From: Treponema sp.
GTDB lineage: Bacteria; Spirochaetota; Spirochaetia; Treponematales; Treponemataceae
Assembly (NCBI GenBank): GCA_016282835.1
Contig: JAEELR010000068.1
Span: forward strand, 1,380-65,379
Direction of reading: 5' to 3'
DNA length: 64,000 bases
Within the stretch, counting starts at the first letter, position 1, and every line of letters begins with the position of its first letter. Below are positions 1 to 10,351 of this stretch, piece after piece. Below the pieces are notes generated by a model. The model did not search any database and had not been told where the DNA came from. It saw only the letters and a list, made by a program, of their open reading frames with translations. The position numbers and the translations under genes are program-made.

Positions 1-463
1 CGCCAACATAATCAATTATCTGTTCATTAAGAGGATTATAATAAAGTGCATTCAAAGTAAAATCGCGGCGCTGAACATCTTCTTCAATTGTACCAAAAGA
101 ATTTCCAACAGAGCCGTCAATAAGGGAACGGAATGTACTGGTCTCAAATATTTTATCATCAAAAAAAATATGAACTAATCTGAAGCGCTTTCCAATTATT
201 CGTGAGTTTTTAAAAATGCGTTTAAGTTTAGCTGGAGTCGCATCTGTTACAATATCAAAATCCTTAGGCTTTCGTCCCAGAATTAAATCGCGGACAGCAC
301 CACCAACAATATAAGCTTCAAAGCCGGTTTCTTTTAATCGATTTATAACAAAAATTGCATCTCTATCAATTAGTTTTATATTTATCTTATGTTCTTGTTT
401 CGTATAAATAACGGCCTTCTTTACCGGTCGTCCTTTTTTATCAGTACCATATCGAATTAACAC
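1..463 (-). CDS. pcnB: Poly(A) polymerase (5' part; runs off window start)
   Basis: Not in the ORF track; translated by hand from GTG at 463: [16 protein letters not shown]...[24 protein letters not shown]...[11 protein letters not shown]...[27 protein letters not shown] matches the PAP-specific signature of class II nucleotidyltransferases. Confidence 0.9.
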   Translation of the reverse strand, partial: MLIRYGTDKKGRPVKKAVIYTKQEHKINIKLIDRDAIFVINRLKETGFEAYIVGGAVRDLILGRKPKDFDIVTDATPAKLKRIFKNSRIIGKRFRLVHIFFDDKIFETSTFRSLIDGSVGNSFGTIEEDVQRRDFTLNALYYNPLNEQIIDYVG

Positions 464-472
464 AATGAAGCA

Positions 473-501
473 ATTCTAATATTCAAATAAAACAAGGTCA
501 A
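473..501 (-). promoter_or_regulatory. sigma70-type promoter of pcnB
   Basis: TTGACC-17 bp-TAGAAT on the minus strand, 9 nt before the GTG. Confidence 0.6.
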
Positions 502-546
502 TAGAATATAGTTTTTTATTATATACTGCAGAGGCTTTACGGTGAG

Positions 547-3270
547 CTAATTATTTTTGTTTTGAATTTCTAAATCAGTAATTCTTCGCTCTTCAATCAA
601 CTCTTTATTTACAAGAGCAATTTTTTTATACAGATCAAAAAACTCGATTGGAGCTTTAACAGCTTCTTCTTTATCTGAATTGCTGTGGTTTTCATTTCCA
701 TCTTTGCGGAAATTTTTATTATCATATCTCCATTTATGTTCATCACTTGCAGTCCAGCCCGTAATTTCATCTTTTGCCAAAGTTTTTATTTTTGTAATTT
801 TACAAATCTCGAACCACTTTGCATTAAAAAACTCTTCCATACAGAGCCTGAAGTTTTTATCACTGGATGGTAAATCTGCCGTAAAGGAATAATAATTTAT
901 AGCAGACGAATCATTTTCGTTTTCAAAATAAAATTCTGCCTGAGGATATTTATTCCTGAAGTCAGTAAAAGCTTTAGACTTAAAAAAAGAAGCTGCATCA
1001 AATTCACTGAAAATTTCATAGCTGTATTTACAGCCCCAGAGACTAGAACTTAAAGACTCTCTCTTTCGCATATTTGTTACAGGGAAAATATATGCATCTG
1101 TTATAAAAAGATTTGACGGCAAGACAGCATTTAATGAATCAACAAAAGTTTTTTCATCACACATTTCATACAAATAAACGGAAGCTGTTTCCTGCATTGA
1201 AGGAATACCTAAAGTCATTGCACAGGCAAACTCAAGGCGTGGCAAAGGATTAAAGCCGGTGGTAAATACAAAATCCAGTTTACTTCTAAGAATTGCCTTA
1301 TGAAAAATTTCAACCTGAGAAAGATATGCAATATATTCTGCACCATTACTTCTTGTAAAATTAAAAACCACTCTGTACAAAATCGGGATATTACATTCTG
1401 GATGCTCCTTTACTGGAGAAAGAGGTTTTACTTTATACAAAGGAGAAACTTTATTTACCTGCTCAATTGAATGAACTTCAACTTTATTTTTTTCATTGCA
1501 AATTCCACAGCGATGATTACAGTCGTTTTCGCATCTTGCAGTCAAAGTATGTTCTATTGATTTCTGCCATTCCTTTTTATAGAAAGAAACTGAAGGTCCA
1601 AGACTTACATTCCACCACGGAAGCTTTTCTTCTAGAGACCAGTCTTTATAAATGTAGTCCAATACATTCCAGTCACATTCATCAAAGGCTTTTTGCCAGT
1701 AAGTCATGTTTTCTTTTAAATGATCATCCCAGGCATCAAAGCGGGCTCCTTTTTTATACGCCGATAAAATTACAGCACAGGCTCTTTCGTCTCCCCTGCT
1801 TAAAAGCCCTTCGAGAATTGTAGAACTTAAATTATGCTTACCGATTTTAAACTTTCCGCGGGGAAGATGTTCATAAATATAATCGTATTTTTTCTGAGCC
1901 TTTTCCAGAGAAAGCTGCTTTACCCACTGATAGGCTGTATGTGGTTTAGGTATAAAAATTCCAACATTTACATTTATCTGAATGCGCGTTCTGCTTTGTA
2001 TTTCAAGTAAAAAATCAACTATACATTCTTCTTCAGTTTTTCCGTTTTCAGAATGTTCAAAATAATCGCCTACAGGAAGACCAAGCATAAAATAAAACTT
2101 TGCAATGCTCCACCCGCGCGCTTTTGCTTCTTTAATAATTGATTCAAGATGCTGTGCATAAACTTCTTTGTTCAAACTTAACTGCCACAATTCATCCGGA
2201 GTTTCTACGGCAAAGGTCAAACCGCTTTTTCTAACTGTAGAAAGTTTTTCGAGAATGTCCAGGGACATAGAGTTTACTTTTAGTGACGGAAGCTGAAATG
2301 AAACATTTAAGCCTTTATACCTTTCATTTAATAAATCAAGTAGACCAGCAACATCCGGGAAATCTGCACTGCTTAAAGAGTTTAAACTTACTTCCCTGTA
2401 ACCGGCATCAAATACAAGATGATCTATTTCATCAATAATTAAATTCAAATTTTTTATTCTTGTAGGCCTGTAGTAAATTCCTGCATGACAGAATCGGCAG
2501 CCATTCGGACAGCCTCGCATAATTTCTACAACGCCATGATCCTGAACAGGCTTAGAATTTGATAAAGGAAAATAATCTGGCACTGAAGGCACTAAACCAA
2601 AATCTGCCTGAACTGCCCTGTAACTAATTTTACTTCCCTGATTTTTAGTCCACATAAAAGGCTTTGATTCAATCAGTTTGAGCATTTCGCTTCTGCCGGC
2701 ATTTTTTTGCTTTAAAAAAGAAAGTTCATTAATCAGTGTAAAAAGCCCGTCTTCTGCTTCACCAATAAAAACTGCATCGAAAAAATCTCCCAGAGGCGCA
2801 GGATTAGTAACTCCACAGCCACCAGCAATTACTATAGGAGAAGAAGAGCCGCGTTTAGAAGCTTCCATTTCTATTCCGCCAAGTTCAAGCATTGCTAAAA
2901 CTTCAGTGATGCCCAGTTCATAACCAATAGAAAATGAAAGCAAATCAAGATCATTTAATGGCATTCCTGTTTCAAGCGTATACAAAGGAACTTTTTCATC
3001 CCGCAAAAGCTTTTCAAAATCGCAGTCAGGTGCATAAACTCTTTCGCATCTAATATCATCATATGAATTAAGGCCGTTATAAATTATTTTTACAGCAAGA
3101 TTTGACTGGGCAATTTCATATAAATCGGGAAACGCAATAGCTACATTGTAATATTTTTTTTCACAATGAGGCTTTACAGTTATTCCATACTCTCCTCCAA
3201 TATATCGCGAGGGAGACTGAACCAGATTTAATTTATTTCCAAAAACTTCTAATGGCTTTATAAGATTCAT
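547..3270 (-). CDS. B12-binding radical SAM protein (TIGR03960-like) fused to a radical SAM-linked DUF2344/TIGR03936-like domain
   Basis: N-terminal P-x-RYIGGE, FPDLYEI, CxxxCxxC (CPNGCRFC), GLTFAVE, GARFDAW; C-terminal FTTGFNPLPRLEF...LG motif. Confidence 0.85.
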   Translation of the reverse strand: MNLIKPLEVFGNKLNLVQSPSRYIGGEYGITVKPHCEKKYYNVAIAFPDLYEIAQSNLAVKIIYNGLNSYDDIRCERVYAPDCDFEKLLRDEKVPLYTLETGMPLNDLDLLSFSIGYELGITEVLAMLELGGIEMEASKRGSSSPIVIAGGCGVTNPAPLGDFFDAVFIGEAEDGLFTLINELSFLKQKNAGRSEMLKLIESKPFMWTKNQGSKISYRAVQADFGLVPSVPDYFPLSNSKPVQDHGVVEIMRGCPNGCRFCHAGIYYRPTRIKNLNLIIDEIDHLVFDAGYREVSLNSLSSADFPDVAGLLDLLNERYKGLNVSFQLPSLKVNSMSLDILEKLSTVRKSGLTFAVETPDELWQLSLNKEVYAQHLESIIKEAKARGWSIAKFYFMLGLPVGDYFEHSENGKTEEECIVDFLLEIQSRTRIQINVNVGIFIPKPHTAYQWVKQLSLEKAQKKYDYIYEHLPRGKFKIGKHNLSSTILEGLLSRGDERACAVILSAYKKGARFDAWDDHLKENMTYWQKAFDECDWNVLDYIYKDWSLEEKLPWWNVSLGPSVSFYKKEWQKSIEHTLTARCENDCNHRCGICNEKNKVEVHSIEQVNKVSPLYKVKPLSPVKEHPECNIPILYRVVFNFTRSNGAEYIAYLSQVEIFHKAILRSKLDFVFTTGFNPLPRLEFACAMTLGIPSMQETASVYLYEMCDEKTFVDSLNAVLPSNLFITDAYIFPVTNMRKRESLSSSLWGCKYSYEIFSEFDAASFFKSKAFTDFRNKYPQAEFYFENENDSSAINYYSFTADLPSSDKNFRLCMEEFFNAKWFEICKITKIKTLAKDEITGWTASDEHKWRYDNKNFRKDGNENHSNSDKEEAVKAPIEFFDLYKKIALVNKELIEERRITDLEIQNKNN

Positions 3271-3277
3271 AGGCTGC

Positions 3278-4594
3278 TTAGAATTCTAATCTTCTGGTAT
3301 AGACACTCATTACAAGACCAATTGCAATCATATTAGTTAAAAGAGAGGAACCACCATAAGATAAAAATGGAAGAGGAATACCGGTACACGGCATAATTCC
3401 CATTACCATTCCTATATTAATTAAAAAGTGGAAAAACATCATTGCAAAAATTCCCCCTATTATATAATAGCCATAAACATTTTTAGTAACTCTCATTGCA
3501 AATATCATTCTACTGAAAATAGCAAAAAACAAAATAAATAAAATGATTCCGCCGACAAAGCCAGTTTCTTCGGCATAAATACTAAAAATAAAGTCAGTAC
3601 TTTGCTCAGGTAAAAAGCGCTTGTGACTTTGAGAACCTTTCATATATCCGCGGCCCTTAAAAGTTCCTGAACCAATAGCAATTTTTGACTGTCTGATATT
3701 CCAGCCGGAACCTAAAGGATCACTTGAAGGATCAATGAAAATAATCAAGCGTTTAATCTGATATTCCTTCATAACTTTTCTTGCACAATAAGAACCAAAC
3801 AGAGAAACAGCAAGAATACCAAAAACTAATGCAATCCAGTAAAAATATTTTTTCTTAAACAGCAGCTTTCCAATAACGCCTAAAGTTGAAACCAAAAGAA
3901 AAGACACAATTAAAATAAATAAAACTTTTTTATTTGTAAGCACGTGAATAAAGGGAACAGTTTTGTTTAAAATCTGTGTTTCATACACAGGAAGTACAGT
4001 GTATACAGAAGTAATAATTCCAACAATTAAAAGAATAGAAAGATATTTTTTTGAAAGGCCGCCTAAATATCCCATAATGAAAAATATTGGAAGAAAAACA
4101 ATTGAACTTCCGAAATCAGGCTGAATCAAAATCAAGCCCATTGGAACTAATAAAATTAAAAGTGAAAGCAAAAATCTTTTTATAGGTGAATACAGCTTTG
4201 AAGTATCTAAGAATCGGGCAAAAAATAAAATATAAATCAACTTGGCAAATTCTGACGGCTGAAATGAAAGAGGTCCAATTCTAATCCAGCTTTTTGAATT
4301 GTTTACGACATAACCAAATAATCTGGTGTACAAAAGAACAACACAAATAATTATATAAAGAATAAAGGCATATCTGTAAATTTTTCTGAAATCAAAATAA
4401 GACGCAACAAGTAAAAATACAAGACTAATTCCTGCCCAAATAATCTGTTTTATATATTCCGTACGAACCTTTGCTACAAGAACACCATCAGAATTAATTG
4501 CAGCTGAGTAAATGAAAGTTATACCAATTGAAACTAAGACTGTTACACAAAATAAAAGCAAAAAATCAATATGTGAAAATACTTTTGTTTTCAT
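3278..4594 (-). CDS. rodA: Rod shape-determining SEDS glycosyltransferase RodA
   Basis: FQPSEFAK, QPDFG, FLPEQSTDFIFS, GIPLPFLSYGGSS; follows mrdA with an ATGA overlap. Confidence 0.95.
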   Translation of the reverse strand: MKTKVFSHIDFLLLFCVTVLVSIGITFIYSAAINSDGVLVAKVRTEYIKQIIWAGISLVFLLVASYFDFRKIYRYAFILYIIICVVLLYTRLFGYVVNNSKSWIRIGPLSFQPSEFAKLIYILFFARFLDTSKLYSPIKRFLLSLLILLVPMGLILIQPDFGSSIVFLPIFFIMGYLGGLSKKYLSILLIVGIITSVYTVLPVYETQILNKTVPFIHVLTNKKVLFILIVSFLLVSTLGVIGKLLFKKKYFYWIALVFGILAVSLFGSYCARKVMKEYQIKRLIIFIDPSSDPLGSGWNIRQSKIAIGSGTFKGRGYMKGSQSHKRFLPEQSTDFIFSIYAEETGFVGGIILFILFFAIFSRMIFAMRVTKNVYGYYIIGGIFAMMFFHFLINIGMVMGIMPCTGIPLPFLSYGGSSLLTNMIAIGLVMSVYTRRLEF

Positions 4595-6477
4595 TCCTGT
4601 CTTCCTTCCTGTTTTACAAGGTATCTAAATCCCAAAGTATCAATTGCTTCATCAAAAGTCTGGTCATTAAAAATTCCCTGTATGATGATGTTAGTTGCAT
4701 AAGGAGCCCACCATTCCCAGTCATTTACAGCTTCAACTAAAGTTACAACAACTACCTGTTCTTCTGGGGGCGCATCATAAGGTGCATAGGCAACCATCCA
4801 GGAGTGCCAGTGATTTTTTTCAACACCATTAACCTCTGCAGTTCCTGTCTTACCGGCAATTTTTACAGATTTATTGTTCATTGGATAAATTGCAGTACCA
4901 TCAGTTATTGTGTAGCGCAAATCTTCCTGAACCTGCTTCCATACACTCTCAGGGATATTTGATTTATGCAGAACTTCATTTTTATATTCTTTAATGACTT
5001 CATTATTTGTAGGGTCCCTGATTTCTTTTAAAAAATGAGGCTTATAGATTTTTCCACTGTTACAAACCATTGCCATCATATTCGCAACATGTAAAGGAGT
5101 GGCTGTCATGTATCCCTGGCCGATAGAAATATTCATAGTATCTCCATCAAGCCACTTTTCATGATACTTTCTTTCCTTCCACATAGGATCAGGAACGAAG
5201 CCTTTGTTTTCAAGATCAATATCGATATTTAAGGCCTGCCCAAATCCAAATTCCTGAGCATAAGAAACAATTTTTTCAACACCCAGATAATCTCTTCCGA
5301 CAAGCCAGTAATAAACGTCACAAGACTGGGCTAATCCGTTTTTCAAATCAAGCCAGCCGTGTCCTGGAGCTTTTTTATGGCAGTTAAAAGTTCTTCCTCC
5401 ATGAAGCAAAAAGCCCTTGCATTCCATTTTTTTTACGGGAGAAACAACATTTTCATTCAGGATTGCAGCAGTCATAACAGTTTTAAATGTAGAAGCAGGA
5501 GGATAAGCTGATCTTACGGCTCTGTTCCACATAGGCTTAAATTCATTTTTTTCAAGCTGTGCATAAGCGTTTGCGGCATCATCACTTGAGAATATATTCG
5601 GGTCAAAATATGGATAAGATACCATTGATAAAATTTCACCGGATGCAGGTTTTAAAACAATGGCAGCACCAACTCTTTCGCCCAAAGCTTTTTCTGTTAA
5701 CCTTTGGATTGAAGTATCAATTGTAAGAACAAGATTTTTTCCGCTTTCAGGAGGTTCAATTTTAATCTGATTTGCTAAAACTTTTCCGTGAGCATCAACC
5801 GTTCTATATTCACGACCATTTTCACCCTGCAAATATTCATCATAATATTTTTCAATTCCCTGTTTACCTACAACAGAGTTTTTATTGTACCGGCCTTTAT
5901 TATAATTCTGCTTGAACTCATCATCCGTAATATTTCCGACATAACCAAGAATGTGGCTTATTGAACCAGTCTCAACATAATTTCTTATAGGCTTATTCTT
6001 CCAGGAAATGCCAGGCAGCTCCGTAATGTTTTCAGCAATATTTGAAATCTTGGAAAAGCTGACATTCGATTTTAATTCAATATTTATAAACTGATTCCTG
6101 ATTTTTTCAGGTACTTTTTTATCAATTTCCTCTTTTGAAATCTCAAGGAATGAAGCAAGCTTTGAAGAAACAGTATCATAATAACCTGCAGGAATTTCTC
6201 CAGGATTCATTTCAACGGCAAAAGAATCAACATTAATAACTAAGGGATTATTTGCATTTCTGTCAAAAATTTCTCCGCGCTGGGCAGCAATTACAGTCTC
6301 GTTTCTGGAAATTTTTTCTGACTGATTTAAATATACTGTTCCCTGGGAAATTTGCATTGAATACAATCTGATAAAGTAAACAATGAAAACAAAAAAAAGA
6401 ATTATTGATAAAAGAATTAGTTTTGAGTTTTTTTCTATATCACTGTCATCTAAAACTGAAGATTTATTTTCAAGCAT
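4591..6477 (-). CDS. mrdA: Penicillin-binding protein 2
   Basis: RGEIFDRN, STFK (SxxK), SCD, KTGT; within the mre operon. Confidence 0.95.
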   Translation of the reverse strand: MLENKSSVLDDSDIEKNSKLILLSIILFFVFIVYFIRLYSMQISQGTVYLNQSEKISRNETVIAAQRGEIFDRNANNPLVINVDSFAVEMNPGEIPAGYYDTVSSKLASFLEISKEEIDKKVPEKIRNQFINIELKSNVSFSKISNIAENITELPGISWKNKPIRNYVETGSISHILGYVGNITDDEFKQNYNKGRYNKNSVVGKQGIEKYYDEYLQGENGREYRTVDAHGKVLANQIKIEPPESGKNLVLTIDTSIQRLTEKALGERVGAAIVLKPASGEILSMVSYPYFDPNIFSSDDAANAYAQLEKNEFKPMWNRAVRSAYPPASTFKTVMTAAILNENVVSPVKKMECKGFLLHGGRTFNCHKKAPGHGWLDLKNGLAQSCDVYYWLVGRDYLGVEKIVSYAQEFGFGQALNIDIDLENKGFVPDPMWKERKYHEKWLDGDTMNISIGQGYMTATPLHVANMMAMVCNSGKIYKPHFLKEIRDPTNNEVIKEYKNEVLHKSNIPESVWKQVQEDLRYTITDGTAIYPMNNKSVKIAGKTGTAEVNGVEKNHWHSWMVAYAPYDAPPEEQVVVVTLVEAVNDWEWWAPYATNIIIQGIFNDQTFDEAIDTLGFRYLVKQEGRQE

Positions 6478-6985
6478 TCTTAACCTGCTCCGGATATAAA
6501 ACTAAGGTCTTTTTGAAGAGTCTTAAGAACATAAAAACAAAAGGTGCTAATACTGTATTAAAAATTAATTCAACTAAAAATGTTAATGTAAACGGATTAT
6601 AGGCAACAATTGAATTCGGATAAAAAATTGATATTAAAAAAATCAAAAGTGCCTTAAATAAAGTTGCTAAAAAGCCTAAAAGCATAGGAACAAAAAAGCC
6701 GTCAACATTTAGAGTCTTATTAAAAAATCCGGTTAAATATCCAATTACAGTTCTAAGCAGACAGTTAAAACCAAAAGGAGCCATTGTTAAAAAATCCAGA
6801 AATACACCGGAAATAAAACCTGTCGTTTCACCATACAGTTTTCCGTTATAGGTAGAAAAGAACAAAACACAAAGTAATGAAAGATCAGGTATAGCCGGAA
6901 GAAAAGTAATATTAGAAAGCAAGGAACTTTCTATGAGTGTTGAACAAAATAAAACAAAAGTACTACCTAAAAAAAAATTTACCAT
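6470..6985 (-). CDS. mreD: Rod shape-determining protein MreD
   Basis: 171-aa hydrophobic protein with PDL and G...D motifs, between mreC and mrdA. Confidence 0.9.
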   Translation of the reverse strand: MVNFFLGSTFVLFCSTLIESSLLSNITFLPAIPDLSLLCVLFFSTYNGKLYGETTGFISGVFLDFLTMAPFGFNCLLRTVIGYLTGFFNKTLNVDGFFVPMLLGFLATLFKALLIFLISIFYPNSIVAYNPFTLTFLVELIFNTVLAPFVFMFLRLFKKTLVLYPEQVKNA

Positions 6986-7857
6986 TATTTCACCTGCCCT
7001 GGCTGATTCTGTTCATTTTGATCTATTACAAAAACAATTTCTAATTTTGAAAAATCAACAAAAGGATCGACTTCTATATCAAGAGAATTGTCATACACAA
7101 GCTCTTTAAGTTTAGAAATTCTTCCAATCGGAATATCTTTAGGATAATTATCATTTTCACCGCTGGAAATAATAATGTCTCCCACATGAAGTGATGAAAT
7201 TAACTGCTTTCGAACATATTTCATTTGAAGAGGAATATTTTCGTCGCCCTTTCCACAGACTAAACCTATATCCCTTGTATTTTTTACTCTGGAAGAAATG
7301 TTAAAATTTGAATTAAATAAAGGCATTATTATACTTGATGAATAGCCTACAGTAATGATTTTTCCAACTACACAGACATTTCCATTTTGAATTGCAATAA
7401 CAGGGAATCCTTTTTTTATTCCGTGTCTGGAACCTTTATTAATTGTTATTCCAGAATATAAATTATCAGGATCGCGGGCAATTATTTCAGCTGCAAAATT
7501 TTTGTAAATAAGACTTTCTCCAAAATTTAACTGCTGCCTTAAAAACTCATTTTCTTTTTTTATTTCAATATTATTTCTCTGCAGAAATTCATATTCTTTT
7601 AACTTCTCTGAAAGTTCTTCATAATCTTTGCGTAAGTTTTTTAATTCACCAATAGCTGTAAAAGCATCTTTAACTGACGATGTGACAGAATGAATTCCTT
7701 TTTGAGCATAGGACAAAATCGTAAAACCAACCTGCTTAAAATTTACGAGAAATCCACCGCTGGAAAAACTTAAGAATACAGCACTTAATAAAAAAAGAAC
7801 AACAAATAAAAATTCAGAAACCTTAAATTTTACATGCCTTTTAACAGAATGCTCCAT
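6985..7857 (-). CDS. mreC: Rod shape-determining protein MreC
   Basis: TM plus coiled coil, ITINKG..HG, GD.IISSG...YPKDIPIG. Confidence 0.92.
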   Translation of the reverse strand: MEHSVKRHVKFKVSEFLFVVLFLLSAVFLSFSSGGFLVNFKQVGFTILSYAQKGIHSVTSSVKDAFTAIGELKNLRKDYEELSEKLKEYEFLQRNNIEIKKENEFLRQQLNFGESLIYKNFAAEIIARDPDNLYSGITINKGSRHGIKKGFPVIAIQNGNVCVVGKIITVGYSSSIIMPLFNSNFNISSRVKNTRDIGLVCGKGDENIPLQMKYVRKQLISSLHVGDIIISSGENDNYPKDIPIGRISKLKELVYDNSLDIEVDPFVDFSKLEIVFVIDQNEQNQPGQVK

Positions 7858-7870
7858 ATAAAACTAACCG

Positions 7871-8908
7871 TTAACTATTTAAATTATCATATATAGAGCG
7901 GTTCGAAGACATATTCTTAAACAATTCAAATGCCTCAACAGCTCCTTTTGCTACACACTCTAATGGCTTTTCAACAAGTAAAACAGGAACACTTGTTTCT
8001 TTAGAAATCAATTTCTGCAAACCTTTCAGCATAGAGCCGCCACCTGTCATAACGATACCGTTCTCAATAATATCTGCACCGAGTTCAGGAGGAGTTCCAC
8101 CCAGAGTCTTTTTAATTTCTTCAACAACTTTTGTAATTGGCTCTTTTAATGCTTCACGAACTTCTACAGAATCAACTTCAAGACTTCTTGGTAAGCCTGT
8201 AATTGCATCACGGCCCTTAATCTCCATCTTTTCAATATTCTTATCAGGCATTGCATTACCGATTGTTATCTTTAATAATTCTGCAGTTCTTTGTCCAATA
8301 ATTAATCCGTGAGTATTTCTGATGTGCTTAACAATTGCTTCATCAAATGCATTTCCACCTACACGAATTGAACTTGTAATAACCATTCCACCAAGTGAGA
8401 TTACAGAAACTTCAGTTGTTCCGCCGCCAATATCACAAACCATATGTCCTGCAGGAGCATCAATAGGAATTTCAGCACCGATTGCTGCAGCAAGACTTTC
8501 TTCAATTACAGCAACGTCTTTTGCTCCGGCTTTTAGTGCAGCTTCAACAACAGCTTTTCTTTCAACCTGAGTAATACCTGAAGGAATACCAATTTTCATT
8601 CTTATAGATTTAAAAATATGATGTTTAGGAATTACTTTCGAAATAAAATATTTAATCATTTTTTCTGTTGAATCACCATCAGAAATTACACCATCAGCTA
8701 AAGGTCTTACAGCAACAATTGTATTTGGACACTTATCAAGCATAAGGCGTGCATCTTCACCTACGGCAATAACTTTACCAGTACCTTTTTCAAACGCTAC
8801 AACAGAAGGCTCATCTATAACCTTGCCTTTTCCTCTAACAAAGATCAGTGTATTACAAGTACCTAAATCAATTCCGATATCTGTTGTAAATTTGTCAATT
8901 AAACTCAT
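7871..8908 (-). CDS. mreB: Actin-like protein MreB
   Basis: IGIDLGTCNT, DIGGGTTE, MTGGGS. Confidence 0.97.
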   Translation of the reverse strand: MSLIDKFTTDIGIDLGTCNTLIFVRGKGKVIDEPSVVAFEKGTGKVIAVGEDARLMLDKCPNTIVAVRPLADGVISDGDSTEKMIKYFISKVIPKHHIFKSIRMKIGIPSGITQVERKAVVEAALKAGAKDVAVIEESLAAAIGAEIPIDAPAGHMVCDIGGGTTEVSVISLGGMVITSSIRVGGNAFDEAIVKHIRNTHGLIIGQRTAELLKITIGNAMPDKNIEKMEIKGRDAITGLPRSLEVDSVEVREALKEPITKVVEEIKKTLGGTPPELGADIIENGIVMTGGGSMLKGLQKLISKETSVPVLLVEKPLECVAKGAVEAFELFKNMSSNRSIYDNLNS

Positions 8909-8923
8909 TTTATTCTCCTGCTT

Positions 8924-9931
8924 TTATTTTTCTGCCAGTTTCTTAATTGCACCCTGGTAATTTCTATCAATTTTCAAGCATTGCCTCCAAAGCGCTCTGG
9001 CTTTTACAGCATCGCCTCTTTCTTCATATATTACACCAAGTCCATAGTATGCGTCAGTATAATTTTTATTTTTTTCAAGAATTGAATTAAATTCTTTTTC
9101 CGCTGAATCATATTCCTTTTCTGTTAAATAGATTTGAGCGAGCAGTTTTTTTGCACTCAGCAAGATATCTTCATCTTCACTGCATTCATTAACACGGAAT
9201 AAATACTGTTTAGCTACTGAATATATATTCTGGACATAATATAATTTAGCGATTAAAAGTAAAAGTGAATCTGAATTGCGGGTAAGTAAGGCTTCTGTAC
9301 AGGATTTTAAACTTAAATCGTACATACCAAGTTCATAATATGAAAAGCCCTTCAATAAATCTATATCGTTTGTTTTAAAGCCATTTTCTTCGGCAAGGTT
9401 TAAATACTTAATTACAAGATCATAGTAAAAATTATAGTTGGAAATTTTATTTTTATAATAATAAACTTTACCAAGCATGTATTGAATTTGTGGGAGAGCT
9501 TTATTATTGCAGTTAGATAAGGCAACCCTTAAATTAAAAATGGAAGTATCTATGTACTCCATAACTTTTTCCTGATTTAATTCAGACTCAGACAAAAGAA
9601 ATGCAGTATAGCCTTTAAACATTCTTGCTGCCGCATTGCAGGAATTTTTAGAAATGCTTTTATCGCATGCAGAATAAATATTTTTTAAAACTTCCTGGGA
9701 TTCATCATATTTTTGTTCTTCGACAAGCTTATTATATTTGTCCCAGTTAGAATATAAATAATTTACGGAAGAATCACTGTAAACAAAACGATTAAGAATT
9801 TTTATGGTAAAAAAAGTTAACAGGAATACAACTAAAACACAAGCAAGAAAAATCAAAATACGAGGAAGTATAACATTTTTTCTTCTAACAATATTATCCC
9901 CAATATTCTTTGTTCTAATCATCATCCCCAC
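8924..9931 (-). CDS. Membrane-anchored TPR protein (start may be ATG at 9925 or 9922)
   Basis: N-terminal TM and several TPR-like helices (AYYGLGVIYEERG..KA..LW). Confidence 0.75.
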   Translation of the reverse strand: MGMMIRTKNIGDNIVRRKNVILPRILIFLACVLVVFLLTFFTIKILNRFVYSDSSVNYLYSNWDKYNKLVEEQKYDESQEVLKNIYSACDKSISKNSCNAAARMFKGYTAFLLSESELNQEKVMEYIDTSIFNLRVALSNCNNKALPQIQYMLGKVYYYKNKISNYNFYYDLVIKYLNLAEENGFKTNDIDLLKGFSYYELGMYDLSLKSCTEALLTRNSDSLLLLIAKLYYVQNIYSVAKQYLFRVNECSEDEDILLSAKKLLAQIYLTEKEYDSAEKEFNSILEKNKNYTDAYYGLGVIYEERGDAVKARALWRQCLKIDRNYQGAIKKLAEK

Positions 9932-9961
9932 CCAAAAAAATCAGAACTAAATATATAGAAA

Positions 9962-10341
9962 AAAGATATAAAGTAAGCCGGGTTCTGGTACACAAAGTGT
10001 ATGGCCATCTATCTTCAATATCTGTTACCAGATATCTCCAGCGATTTACCCGCAGTCAATTACCGGAACTAAACTGCTGTCTAATCTTGCTCCTGATGAG
10101 GTTTGCTTATGCCATTGATGTTACCACCAACGCGGTGAGCTCTTACCTCACCTTTTCACCCTTACCCATTCGGGCGGTTATTTTCTGTAGCACTATCTGT
10201 ATAATTTTAGGTTATGCCAAAAATTTGACAACTACTAAAATCATCCCGGTTATTATCCGGCATCATTTCCGGCGGAGCCCGGACTTTTCCTCACAGACTT
10301 ATTTTATCATTAAAATAAACTGCGCGACCATTTATATCTTT
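9962..10341 (-). ncRNA. rnpB: RNase P RNA (bacterial type A)
   Basis: Minus strand has GAGGAAAAGTCCGGGCTC, AGTGCTACAGAAAATAACCGCC, GGTAAGGGTGAAAAGGTGAGGTAAGAGCTCACC, GGAGCAAG and CAGAACCCGGCTTAC; terminal P1 helix AAAGATATAAA/TTTATATCTTT. Confidence 0.96.
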
Positions 10342-10351
10342 AATTTACTAA

